Of a stretch of DNA of 29,416 nt, positions 1-10,400 are shown piece after piece. The translations under genes were made by a program, and so were the position numbers. The stretch is from NCBI GenBank assembly GCA_014238625.1, contig JABAAS010000002.1:1-29416 (forward strand). Direction: 5' to 3'. Origin of the DNA: Alphaproteobacteria bacterium. Lineage in GTDB: Bacteria; Pseudomonadota; Alphaproteobacteria; JABAAW01. Positions within the stretch are counted from its first letter, which is position 1, and the number at the start of each line of letters is the position of its first letter. The notes beneath the pieces were generated by a model. That model worked only from the letters and a program-made list of their open reading frames with translations. It was not told the DNA's origin and ran no database searches.

Positions 1-1945
1 CACCGCCGTTGAGAGTATCCTCGCCTTCGTCTCCGTGTAGAATATCGTCTCCATCATCTCCGTAGAGGCGGTCTAAACTTGCTCCGCCAAAAAGAGTGTC
101 ATCGCCATCACCGCCGTTGAGAGTATCCTCGCCTTCGTCTCCGTGTAGAATATCGTCTCCATCTTCGCCGTTGAGGATATCATTCCCCGCACCGCCGTGT
201 AGAATATCGTCTCCATCTTCGCCGTCGAGGATATCATTCCCCGCACCGCCGTATAGCGTATCATCTCCATCTCCGCCGTTGAGGGTATCCACGTCTGCAC
301 CGCCGTATAGCGTATCGTCTCCATCTTCGCCGTTGAGAGTATCCTCGCCTGCACCGCCGTATAGCGTATCGTCTCCGCCTCCACCGTTGAGGGTATCCGC
401 ACCGTCAAGTCCTACCAGAAAATCTGCCTCCGCTGTCCCTTGAGATATGCCGCCGCCACTACTACCAAGGCTAAAAGAGCCGATATGTACGTCGTTAATG
501 CCGTAATACAAGTCGTAAGCCCCATCTGAATAACTGCCCGCAACGATGGTAACGCTATCACCGCCAGCACCCAAAAAGAAGGTAACTATGCGCTGCTGGG
601 TTGCACTAAATTCTAGAGTAAATGTAAGTATGTCTCGTGCGACAATCGACCTGAAATATAGACTTCCGCCACCGTCGATTATGGTGTCAACGCCACTACC
701 TTGTTCAAAGATGTAAATGTCGTCCCCAGTACCACCGCTAAGCAGATCATCACCAGCTCCACCATCGAGAATGTCGTTTCCTCCCCCATAATCATAGAGC
801 TGATCATCACCAGCTCCGCCGTAGAGAATGTCATCTCCTCCCCCACCATCGTAAAGATAATCATTACCATCTCCGCCATCTAGAATGTCGTCTCCTCCAC
901 CACTATCGTAAAGATAATCATTACCATCTCCGCCATCTAGAATGTCGTCTCCTCCTCCACCGTAAAGACTATCGCCCCCACCTCCACCATTCACGGTGTC
1001 GTCGCCGTTCTTACCTTCTATTTTATTGCTTTCGCCATCACCCGTAAGGTGGTCAGCGCCACCTGAACCAATGATATTTTCTACGCCTCTAACCCAATCA
1101 TGATCATCAGAGCCATCTATATACGCCACCGCGAAGTTATAACCATGGATGTAGTCCGTCGCATCCGCAAAAACGCCCGAGCCAGTGCCGGTCGGGTAAA
1201 TGTCCGTGCCTGCGTACCACAAGTTGCCAATGTCCAAAGTAACGCCTGCATTAGTATAAGAGTAGTCGACAGTGTCTATACCCCACTCACCGCGAATAAC
1301 ATCTCTACCAAAACCTCCAACAAGAAAATCGTCTCCTAAATGACCGAAAAGAATATCATGACGATCACCTCCATAGAGAGCATCGTCACCTGTCCCGCCG
1401 TAAAGATGATCATTGCCATCACCACCTTTGAGGCGGTCATCACCTCTCTTACCTTCAATCTTATTGCTCTTGCCATCACCCGTAAGGTAGTCGTCGCCAC
1501 CTGAACCAATGATATTTTCTACGCCTCTGACCCAATCCTTATCACTAGAACCATCAACATACGCAACCGCGAAGTTATAACCATGTATGTAGTCCGCCGC
1601 CTCCTCAAAAAGTATGGTGCCAGTACCGGTCGGATAAATGCTCGTGCCTGCGTACCACAAGTTGCCAATGTCCAAAGTAACGCCTGCATTAGTATAAGAG
1701 TAGTCGACCGTGTCTATACCACCCTCACCGCGAATAACATCTCTACCAAAACCTCCAACAAGAAAATCGTTTCCTAAATGACCGAAAATAATATCCTGAC
1801 CACCCTTTCCATAGATAATATCGTTGCCTGCATCGCCGTAAATATGATCATGAGTGCTGTAACCATAAATTGAATCTGAACTGGTAGTGCCGCTTATCCT
1901 GCTCCATAAGCCATTGTCTGATACTCGTCTAGTTATACTAGTCAT
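1..1945 (-). CDS. RTX-type calcium-binding repeat protein (RTX1), 3' end outside window
   Basis: Absent from the ORF track because it runs off the left edge. Manual translation from ATG at 1945 (GAGGG SD-like motif just upstream) gives MTSITRRVSDNGLWSRISGTTSSDSIYGYSTHDHIYGDAGNDIIYG... and many GGxGxDxLx repeats (e.g. NGGDGDDTLFGGASLDRLYGDDGDDILHG near position 1). No in-frame stop was seen in the stretches checked. Confidence 0.9.
   Translation of the reverse strand, partial: MTSITRRVSDNGLWSRISGTTSSDSIYGYSTHDHIYGDAGNDIIYGKGGQDIIFGHLGNDFLVGGFGRDVIRGEGGIDTVDYSYTNAGVTLDIGNLWYAGTSIYPTGTGTILFEEAADYIHGYNFAVAYVDGSSDKDWVRGVENIIGSGGDDYLTGDGKSNKIEGKRGDDRLKGGDGNDHLYGGTGDDALYGGDRHDILFGHLGDDFLVGGFGRDVIRGEWGIDTVDYSYTNAGVTLDIGNLWYAGTDIYPTGTGSGVFADATDYIHGYNFAVAYIDGSDDHDWVRGVENIIGSGGADHLTGDGESNKIEGKNGDDTVNGGGGGDSLYGGGGDDILDGGDGNDYLYDSGGGDDILDGGDGNDYLYDGGGGDDILYGGAGDDQLYDYGGGNDILDGGAGDDLLSGGTGDDIYIFEQGSGVDTIIDGGGSLYFRSIVARDILTFTLEFSATQQRIVTFFLGAGGDSVTIVAGSYSDGAYDLYYGINDVHIGSFSLGSSGGGISQGTAEADFLVGLDGADTLNGGGGDDTLYGGAGEDTLNGEDGDDTLYGGADVDTLNGGDGDDTLYGGAGNDILDGEDGDDILHGGAGNDILNGEDGDDILHGDEGEDTLNGGDGDDTLFGGASLDRLYGDDGDDILHGDEGEDTLNGG
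1010..1813. repeat. 438-bp (146-codon) internal tandem duplication in RTX1
   Basis: Sequence at about 1010-1375 recurs at about 1448-1813 with constant offset 438 (e.g. cctgcgtaccacaagttgccaatgtccaaagtaacgcctgcattagtataagagtagtcgac at 1209 and 1647). Confidence 0.92.
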
Positions 1946-2303
1946 TGTTCTGCCCTCACATATATTAAAGTTGCTCAAGTAGGTGTCTTCTTGCCGATGC
2001 ATCCTGCTCGATCAGAGAATATCCCTATGTAAAAAGGCGGAAAGCCCTCCCTCAAAGGGAGTCTGTAAAACGATTCGAATAGCGAGTCAACTAATATTAT
2101 AATTAATAAATACTTTTACATCTTATAATAAAGGTAACGTAAAAGGCTTCGAGCAATCTACAAGGTAAAGTCAAGTCGTAAGATAATTTGCTCAAGCGTA
2201 TGGTAAAATATGCAGTCGATAGCTTTTAGCCCGAAATGTAATCGCTACAATCGCTAAAAAACACGTAAGCTATTGAAAATAGACAATATATTGTGCAAAA
2301 TAC

Positions 2304-2432
2304 TGCAACTTTTAAAGAAAATTTTGTAAAATAGTGCAATCTTTATCAAAAAAAAGCCCATGAATTAGCCCAAACTGCAAAGATTAAAGAAAAAAATAGC
2401 CCGTTTACTGCAATGTTTAAAGAAATTTTACA
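2304..2432 (-). mobile_element. Tn7-like transposon-end array no. 1 (four 17-bp boxes, terminal TGT on minus strand)
   Basis: TGCAA-initiated boxes at 2304, 2335, 2376 and 2409 (spacings 31/41/33); the last abuts ttttACA at 2432. The minus strand reads TGTAAAA-TTTCTTTAAACATTGCA. Same layout as the 12947 array, and 69 bp from tniQ. Confidence 0.55.
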
Positions 2433-2500
2433 AATCACATGGAACGATTCTCGCTTATGGACTGAGGGATAAGCGAAATATTCTCCAAGGGAAATATATA

Positions 2501-3769
2501 GTGAAATCTATGTGGTTGGTGCGTCCCTTACCGCTCGAAGGCGAGAGTATATACTCTATACTGTTGCGGATGAGCCTCGGCAACGATATCTCCACGCAAG
2601 AGGCTTGCTGCGTTTTATTCGGAACGAGGCAAGTCGGCGACCTCGATAAACTCTCGCCATTCTATGCCCTGCCCATAAGCGAAGCCGCTGATCTGACAGA
2701 AAAACAAACCCTAGCTCTAACCTGCTATCAATGGGATGGGCTGATAACCCCTAGTATGCCAGAAAGTAGCCACAGCCTAGATTGGTTACCAGCTCTGCCT
2801 TCACGCAAGGGTGAAGTGCTACCGCTCGCATAACCGCGCTGTCCCCTATGTCTCGATGAAGGGAACCTACCCTACGCACGCATTAATCACCGATTAGCCT
2901 TCATCGTCTGCTGTCCAAAGCATAAAGTCTTTCTCATAAGTAAATGCCACGCTTGTGGCAACCATCTACCCTTCCCAAACGCAGAGCCTTTTCTATGCTC
3001 ATCATGTGGTAAAGACCAAAGAGACTATCTCAACACAACTCCGCAAGCTTTCATCGAAGCGCAAGAAAAACTCTTGAGCATACTCGAGCGCGGGTGGGTG
3101 AACTCCGAGTATTACGGCGCGCAATACTCATTCGTCTTCTTCCGTCTGCTAATCTGGCTCTGTCGAATGCTAACATCTAAAAGCTGGGGGAAAACTCTGC
3201 GCCAAGCTATACGCAAAGCCTGCGGACCGCAAAGCAATGTCGAAGAAAACACATTCTGGTATCGTGGTAACGAGCGAATATACCAGCTCTCGTCATTAGA
3301 ACGGGCAAAGCTGGTATCATCAGCTCTATGGCTGTGGGGCGACTGGCCGCGCCGTTTCATTGATGTATGCCGCAGCGTCAATCTCTTCAGTCATACCATC
3401 CTATCATATGGGCGCAATCCTCCATTTCTATTGCTAGACCCGGTGCGAGAGGCACTTCTCAAGCCCTTTTATGCGTTCTCTGCGGCGGAAGTTAACTCTG
3501 CGAAGGATTACCTACATAAGCGCGGGAGAAGGGTAACCTTGACCGAATTGCAGGCTCTCACTGGTAATAAACTACACGCTTGGAGCAACGCAGGCTATGC
3601 AGGGCGGAGGATATGTATCCCTTATGGAGAATCTCGTTATTGGAAGCTCGACGGTATCAATAGCCGAGTGCGAGCCAATGTCAAAGCGCAAGCTCATATC
3701 GAAGGTTTGAAGACAGCTCAATGGGTCGAGCGGGCTCTAGAGCAGGCATTACAAAAAAACTGTGGATAA
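2501..3769 (+). pseudogene. tniQ: TniQ/TnsD-family target-selection protein interrupted by one in-frame TAA (2831-2833)
   Basis: ORFs 2501-2833 and 3074-3769 are in the same frame. The gap translates without further stops as PRCPLCLDEGNLPYARINHRLAFIVCCPKHKVFLISKCHACG, the TniQ Cys/His zinc-binding region. The N-terminus WLVRPLPLEGESIYSILLRM is the TniQ start motif. Confidence 0.88.
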
Positions 3770-3863
3770 AATAGCCATTCTACCAATTTTGACTTAACTT
3801 TGGGTGACATTAGGTAGCTATTCCATTGCATACTCGCCTTACTGTTGCATGGAGGTGTCTCTT

Positions 3864-4552
3864 GTGCCCGTCCGAAAAATACCTAGGAGTCACACGACCG
3901 TGCAAGGTCATCTGCATTTTAAACATCGTGGCTGGCATTTACACTTCGAGTCTCCTCTGGAGCGAGACTTCTTCATCTTGCAATTTTTTGACGAAAATGT
4001 AATCGATATCGAGGAACAGCCAGTTACGATTACTTGGCAAGATGAGAGTGAGCGCAAAAGACGTTGTATTCCCGACGCTCGTATCGATTATGCAGATGGC
4101 TCAACAAAACTATTCGAGGTCAAACCGAAACGCATACTCAAAAAGAAAGCATCAGAATTAGCGCCGAAATTCGCTGCTGCCAAAAATTACGCAGAGAGGA
4201 AAGGTTGGAAATTCTGCGTCGTTAACGAAGACGATATTCACACGCCTCGACTCGAGAATAGCAAATTCCTATACCACTTCGTCGCAGAGCACACTCCTCC
4301 GCATCACGCGGCTTGCTTCTTTCACGCATTGCGTAAAAACAAAAATGGCAAGGCTAACGTCTCTGATCTACTGAAGCTAGTAGCGAGCATCGATTAAGAA
4401 AAAGAAGTAATGACAGATCTCTATGGCAACTGCTCGCACAGGGGAAACTACAAGCAAATTTAGATAAACCTATCTTACCCAGCACAAGCATCAGCCTAAA
4501 CGAGCAGGCATGGTCAGTGCTACAAAGCGAAAACAATCTAAAAGCAATTTGA
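3864..4552 (+). pseudogene. tnsA: TnsA endonuclease (PD-(D/E)xK), stop/frameshift near 4390-4421
   Basis: GTG at 3864 follows GGAGGT. MPVRKIP...FESPLERDF...IEEQP...PDARID...FEVKP are TnsA N-terminal motifs. TAA at 4395-4397. The typical C-terminal segment LWQLLAQGKLQANLDKPILPST continues in another frame from 4421 to TGA 4550-4552, which overlaps the tnsB ATG (TGATG). Confidence 0.88.
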
Positions 4553-5439
4553 TGAAGCAAATTCAGCTAGAGCCAGGAGAAATCGTCCAAGTGTGCGACG
4601 AGATATATGAGATAGTCTCGCTAACCCCTAACGGGGAAATACAGGTCAAAAGTCTTAAATCTGGGGAAATAGTAACTTTTCCTCTTTCGAAAATCCAGGC
4701 TCCTAAAGAAAACAAGACAATTCATGGCGAACCCTTCGATACACTCACAGAAAAACAGAAAGCCACCGCCAAAAAACGTTATTCAATGATCAAACCTCTA
4801 ATTCAAAGTCCGCATGGGAAAAAATATTTGACCGCACAAAAATGCGAATTCATATCTGAGTTATTTTATGAAGGTCGTTTGGATTCACAACCAAGTTTGG
4901 AAAAACAGAAATTAACAGGGGACAGTGTTTTTGCCAAATCAGCATTATTATTCGTGCCAGTCGAACATGAAGGAAACCAAAATTCGTCAATCGAAGAAGC
5001 AGAAAAAGTCGCTGAAATGGTAAGTAACTTATTGCAACAAAACACCATATGGGTAAACGCAGAAGGGCAAAGCAAGACTCTCCAGCTAGAAGATATTTTA
5101 ATCGTTACTCCTTACAACGCCCAAGTATCTGCAATTTGCGAACAGCTAAATAAGTCGAAAATGGGAGAAGCGCGTGTGGGAACCGTCGATAAATTCCAAG
5201 GACAGGAAGCCCCGGTAGCCATATATACAATGGCTACATCATCACCAGAAGAAGCTCCTCGTGGGATGGAGTTCCTCTATAGCTTGCATAGATTCAATGT
5301 CGCCATCTCACGCGCTCGTTGTTGCTCTATACTAGTTGCAAACCAGCGGCTACTCGAACCAGAATGTAATAATCCGAGGCAGATGCAACTCGCTAATGCC
5401 TTTTGCCGTTATAACGAACTATCCTATAGGCCGGGTTAA
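4552..5439 (+). pseudogene. tnsB: Chimeric ORF: TnsB N-terminus (4552-4842) fused in frame to the C-terminal SF1 helicase (AAA_12) part of a probable TM0106-like nuclease-helicase (4843-5439)
   Basis: ATG 4552 is coupled to the tnsA stop. The first ~97 aa (...TLTEKQKATAKKRYSMIKPLI) match TnsB N-termini. From CEFISELFYEGRL onward the motifs ILIVTPYNAQV, VGTVDKFQGQEA and RFNVAISRAR are Upf1/Dna2-like SF1 helicase motifs. No DDE core and no Walker A motif. Confidence 0.8.
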
Positions 5440-7212
5440 TGCTTCACCGAATTCCTTAACTACTTCCTCCGAATCCCAGCCAACTATCTCCTTACCCATA
5501 GCCTTCTCTATCAAGACCAATAATCTAGCAGCGCGATCACGGATAAATTCTTTGAATTTATCTTCTCGTAGTAAAGATGGCTCGGTCGCGTGCGAAGCCA
5601 GAAAGCCATCAAGCCGTGCAGTTTCAACTTTTTTCCTCTGCGTAATATCCTCTAAATACTTGCTAGGAGCCTTGCCAGCAAGGAATTTATTCGTAGCTGC
5701 AGAAATGGCTGCCTTGTTAACAATAGAATTCCAAAACTCCCGCGGATAATTATGTTTCTCACAATACGCCTTTGGAAAAATATGATGGATGTCAATCTTA
5801 TCAGCGTAATAAGTGATAATATCAGCCCTAGTACCCTTAATAAAATCTTCACTACCAAGTTGCATCAACAGAGCCATCATGCCTTTGTAGGCAGCACTCT
5901 GACGGGTTTGTAGAGTTAGAAAACGGGTAGGTTCAAAGTTCGCCTCTACAAATGATCGAGGTTCCTTACCTCCTTTTAGCCACACAAGCAAATCGACAAA
6001 GTCATTGGCAACACGCGTCTCGGTAGCACCAGCGTAAAGCTCGCCGAAAATTCCGCACCAGTACCAACGCACCAGCTTCTGCTTCGTGCTATCATTATCG
6101 CATTCATCGCCAAGATGCGCGCACACAGCCGCTAATGGAACTAGCTGGGAGCTATACGGCAAACTGCGCGAATCAAATATCTTTTTGCTTATTAACAGTT
6201 TAGCTGCAGAAATAAAGCCTTCCCCTACAATATCCGCATTTTCCTTATACTGCGCCAAATTCAAGTCGAGGATATTCTTGCGCTTACAACTAACAGCAGC
6301 ACCTTCCATCTTATTGGTGGCAAGCAAAGTTACCGCTTGCAGAAAGTCAGTAGAATCTATTGAAGACAATATTTTATTAAGGTTTTCATTTTCCGCAAAT
6401 TTTTCTTTGCGTTCCTCCCAATCCTTACGTAAATCAAAGCCCTCCATAGCATACGTTGCTGTCATAAGCTCAAACACAGTCAATGTAACACCGCGGGTGT
6501 TAACCTTCTCGAAAACTTGGCAAACCGCTTGCTTACTAGTCTCATTAGAAAGGGTGATCATGGCAAAACGGTACTGTAAAAAACGCTGGCGTACGTTCGA
6601 TTCGAATTCGTAAATCTTTTTAACATTTGCGTTGTCCCGTCTGAAAAAATCTATATAACCTTGTTGCCATGAGAGAAATTTGCTCCCATCTAACAACAAA
6701 TCAAGCGGAAATAACCCAAACTTATATTCATTTTCGGGGCTACTCGCATCAATTATAACCTCACGCCTAAAGTCACGTCGTATTCTATTTGGAGGTAAAG
6801 AAATAACTGCATCTTCACGGTCTGCGCTATCATCTAGGCACTTGGCGATATCAAAATAATATACAAGCTTAATTTCTCTATCGCCGCTTGTTCTGGTTAA
6901 AACCTCTTTACCGCTACGAAGAACCGAATAAATGGCAGTCATTCGTTGCTGACCATCCAAAATTAATGAAGATGGTTTGGGGTCGCTAGATTCTGGGGCT
7001 CCCTCAATGGCACGACACTTAAAATTGGTCGTTTCACTAACAGTATCTAGTAGCATAACCACACCAATCGGATAAGATAGAGAAACGCTAGCTATCAGCG
7101 AGCAAATAAGATGATCATCCCAAACCCAGCTTCGTTGAAAATCAGGTAATTGAATCTCCCCCCTATCAATTTGCTCTAATGTTTTAAACAAATCAGGGTC
7201 ATCGATGCTGAA
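5419..7212 (-). pseudogene. DUF262 + C-terminal HNH-like (GmrSD-type) nuclease, separated from its probable start codon by an insertion
   Basis: IQLPDFQRSWVWDD and LILDGQQRMTAI are DUF262 motifs; DIHHIFPK...NSIVNK...TNK is HNH-like. The frame is open upstream of the track's TTG (7191, no SD) to 7212 (FSIDDPD), where the inverted repeat begins. An in-frame RBS+ATG lies beyond the other repeat at 12544. Confidence 0.8.
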
Positions 7213-7244
7213 GGCATTGTGTGATGCACACTTAAAGATTAGAA
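7212..7244 (+). repeat. Left 33-bp inverted repeat of the RTX2 cassette
   Basis: aggcattgtgtgatgcacacttaaagattagaa; 29/33 identical to the reverse complement of 12501-12533. Similarity stops sharply on both sides. Confidence 0.9.
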
Positions 7245-7429
7245 TTTATGGCACCAAACAGAACTTTTAAACGCTTAACTTTTAGAATCGCGGGAAAAAA
7301 TATGGCAAACTGACTCTTCTAAACAAAATTGATACATTTTCCCAAAAATCAAGGCGCATAAACTCATTCTCCGAAAAATATGCCTCCCACAATGCAAACC
7401 TTATTCTAACAACCGCTTAAGCTTAGTTT

Positions 7430-10400
7430 TTAAGGGATGACGCTGTTAGATACTAGTATGTCTGTGCCACCATCAGAAGTGTTGTAGTAGATACTGAATC
7501 CGCCATCATGCCTGCCGTAGTAGTTAGTGACTATTACCTGCTGCGAAATACCGCTAACCGTCAAATCTATATGTAAATCACGGTCAACTCTGGTAAAGTC
7601 GCTCGACCTTAGGGCTTGGTAGTTGCCACTAGCACTAGAGCGGAAATAAATGCTTTCGTGGCCGCGGAAATCATCAATAGTATCGTTACCATCTCCAACT
7701 GAAAAATAGTACTTGTCATTGCCCCAACTGCCTCTAAGAGTGTCATCGCCAGTGCCACCTATAAGCGTGTCATTGTCCCAACTGCCATCAAGAGTGTCAT
7801 TACCAGCGCCACCTATAAGCGTGTCATTTTCCCTACCGCCATCAAGAGTGTCATCGCCAATGCCACCTATAAGCGTGTCATTGTCCGAACCGCCGTAAAT
7901 AGTGTCATCCCCTGCTCCGCCGTGCATTATGTCATCGCCTGCTCCACCTATGAGAGTATCATCGCCTGCTCCGCCGATGCCAACTATACCATAGTCTCCA
8001 TCAACAGCCTGATTGTAGTTTATCACAAAGCGACTAGGATCGTTATAGTAATCCGTAATAGTAACTTTTTGCGATACGCCATCAATGTTTAAACTTATCT
8101 CTAAATCATTGCCGTGCTTGGCAAAGCTACTAGCTGAAAAATCACTCAAGGCGTAAACACCAGAGCTGCTAGAGTTAAAGTATATTATACCGCCATCCGT
8201 GTCCGTTATCCTATCCATACCATCACCGACAATGAAATGGTATTCGTCGGTGCTAGAATCTCCGCCCATAAGCATATCATCGCCCGCGCCGCCATGTAGC
8301 TCATCATCGCCACCTTTGCCGTAGAGATGGTCTGCGCCAGCCAAGCCCATTATAATATCCGCACCACTCGTTCCAGCAAGAAGACTATCATCGCCAGTAG
8401 TGCCAGTAACACTAGCTCCAGTAAAGGTAGAAACAGTAACGGGTGTCCTTGTTAGAGACACCATAACTTCCGTATAGCCACCACCATTATCTAAGTGTTT
8501 TATGGTGAACTTGTCGGGGATAAGGAAGTAGTCGGTAATAGTGAAATCTTGCGTACCCCTAGAGGTAGACAACTGAAACTGTAAGTCATCACCGTCCCTA
8601 ATAAAAACAGTAGCGCTAAAAGCAGAAGCATAGGATTGGCCATATGAACCATCTCGGAAGTACAGTTCGCCACCGTCCGTATCACTAATCATATATGTGC
8701 CTCCACCACCAGAAAAATAGTACTTGTCATCACCTATGCCTCCATCAAGAAATTTGGTGACAGACACATCGTAAAGGTGAGAATAACGAGATCTGCCATA
8801 AAGAGCATCATCACCAGCTCCACCGTAAAGATTATCGTTGCCAATCCCAGCGAAAAGAGCATCATCGCCTGCTCCGCCGTAAAGATTGTCGTCGCCAGCT
8901 CCTCCCTCAATTTCGTCATCGCCACCTTCCCCGAAAAGATCGTCATTACCAGCTGCACCGTCAGGTTCCTCATCCCCGTAAAGATGATCGTCACCGTCTC
9001 CACCGTAGAGATGGTCATCTCCCTCTTCACCATGAAGGTAGTCATCGCCACCTGCTCCGTAGAGATGATCATTCCCTATCAAACCGTACACTACATCCGA
9101 TATGTTAGTACCAGTAAGCGTGTCCGCGTTAGAAGTACCGGTAATGTCGGTTAGTAAGGGAACCGTAACCGCTCTATATTCTCCACCCGAATAGCTGTTG
9201 TAGTAGATGCTAAAGCTGTTTGGATCGCTGTAATAGTTATCGATAGTAACTCGTTGCTCTATACCGCCTACCGTCGCATATATCTGTAAGTTTTGGTATA
9301 CCTTAGCAAAGGCGAACGCTGATAGTCCTTGATAGTTGCCACTGCTACTAGAGCTGAAATAAACACTGTTGCTACCATAGTTGTCCCTAATGGTGTCTAT
9401 TCCATCGCCTACATAAAAATAGTACTCTTCGTCACCGTATCTGTCAGAGAGATAGTCGTCGCCTTTTCCTCCATAGTATTGATCATTGCCTCTTCCTCCT
9501 CCACCATCTCCGTATATTCGGTCGTTGCCAGCTCCGCCGTGAAGTTCGTCGTGTCCACCACTACCGCCGCCGCCTGCATCACCATGTATTATATCGTCAC
9601 CAGCGCCACCATAAATCACGTCCGCACCCGCACCAGCGCCACCATCGCCAGAAAGAGAGTCATCGCCAGCTCCACCATAAATATAGTCGTTGCCTGAACC
9701 ACCAGATAGACGATCCCTATTTGCCCCACCGATAAGACCAGAAGTTACAGGAGCCTCGTAGAGCGGAACAATAGAAGCATCTATACTATGGACTATGCCA
9801 GACGAATCCTCGTAGTAAAACCTGTAGGTCGCAGAATTGCTCGATTCGTAATAGTCCTCAATTGTGATTTTTTGTTCAGCCTCGCCTACTTGTATAGTTA
9901 TAACTAGGTCATATCGACTGAGTGCGAAGTTGTCCGCTGTTAGAGCTTGATAGTCGCCGCTAGCGCTAGAGCGGAAGTAAATGTTGTTGCTACCGATCAC
10001 ATCAATAATTCTGTCACTTCCGCCGTAATTATTAATGTCTTCGACATTAAAAATGTAGTCGTCATCACCCGCCCCGCCGTAAAGAATATCGTTGCCCGCT
10101 CCTCCCTGAAGGACATCGTCACCTGCCAAGCCCGCAATGTCGTCAACATCGCTAGTGCCAATCAAGGCATTCGATCCAGAATCATCGCCAGATGTACCAG
10201 TGACAAAGTTTTTTAGAGGAACAACTTTATAATCACCGCCCAATTCCTCGTTGTAGAAAAATGTAAAAAGATTAGGGTTGCTGAAGTAATCGGTGATCGT
10301 TACTTGGTGGCGATCCCCAAACGCATACGAGTCTATCTCTAAGTCATTGCCGTTGCGGGAAAAAGAGCCAGAATAAAAATCGCGCGATGAATAGCTACCA

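Noticed and set aside
73-1777. Track ORFs at 73-408, 96-443, 679-879, 701-883, 1100-1339 and 1583-1777
   Set aside because: Alternate-frame or antisense shadows of the GGxGxD repeats in RTX1. The same applies to the short ORFs inside RTX2, RTX3, RTX4 and the other long genes.
3766-3782. ataaaatagccattct resembles ataaaatagccactct at 27383
   Set aside because: A short AT-rich match not followed by a recognisable box; could be chance.
2501-5439. CRISPR-associated transposon (CAST)
   Set aside because: No cas gene and no repeat-spacer array were seen. All tandem repeats found are spacer-less and mostly in-frame coding repeats (9, 15, 27, 54 bp).
7393-7409. tgcaaaccttattctaa, 13/17 to a Tn7-end box
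   Set aside because: Single copy with no terminal TTTTACA and no partner at 33 bp; it also overlaps the degenerate inverted-repeat match.
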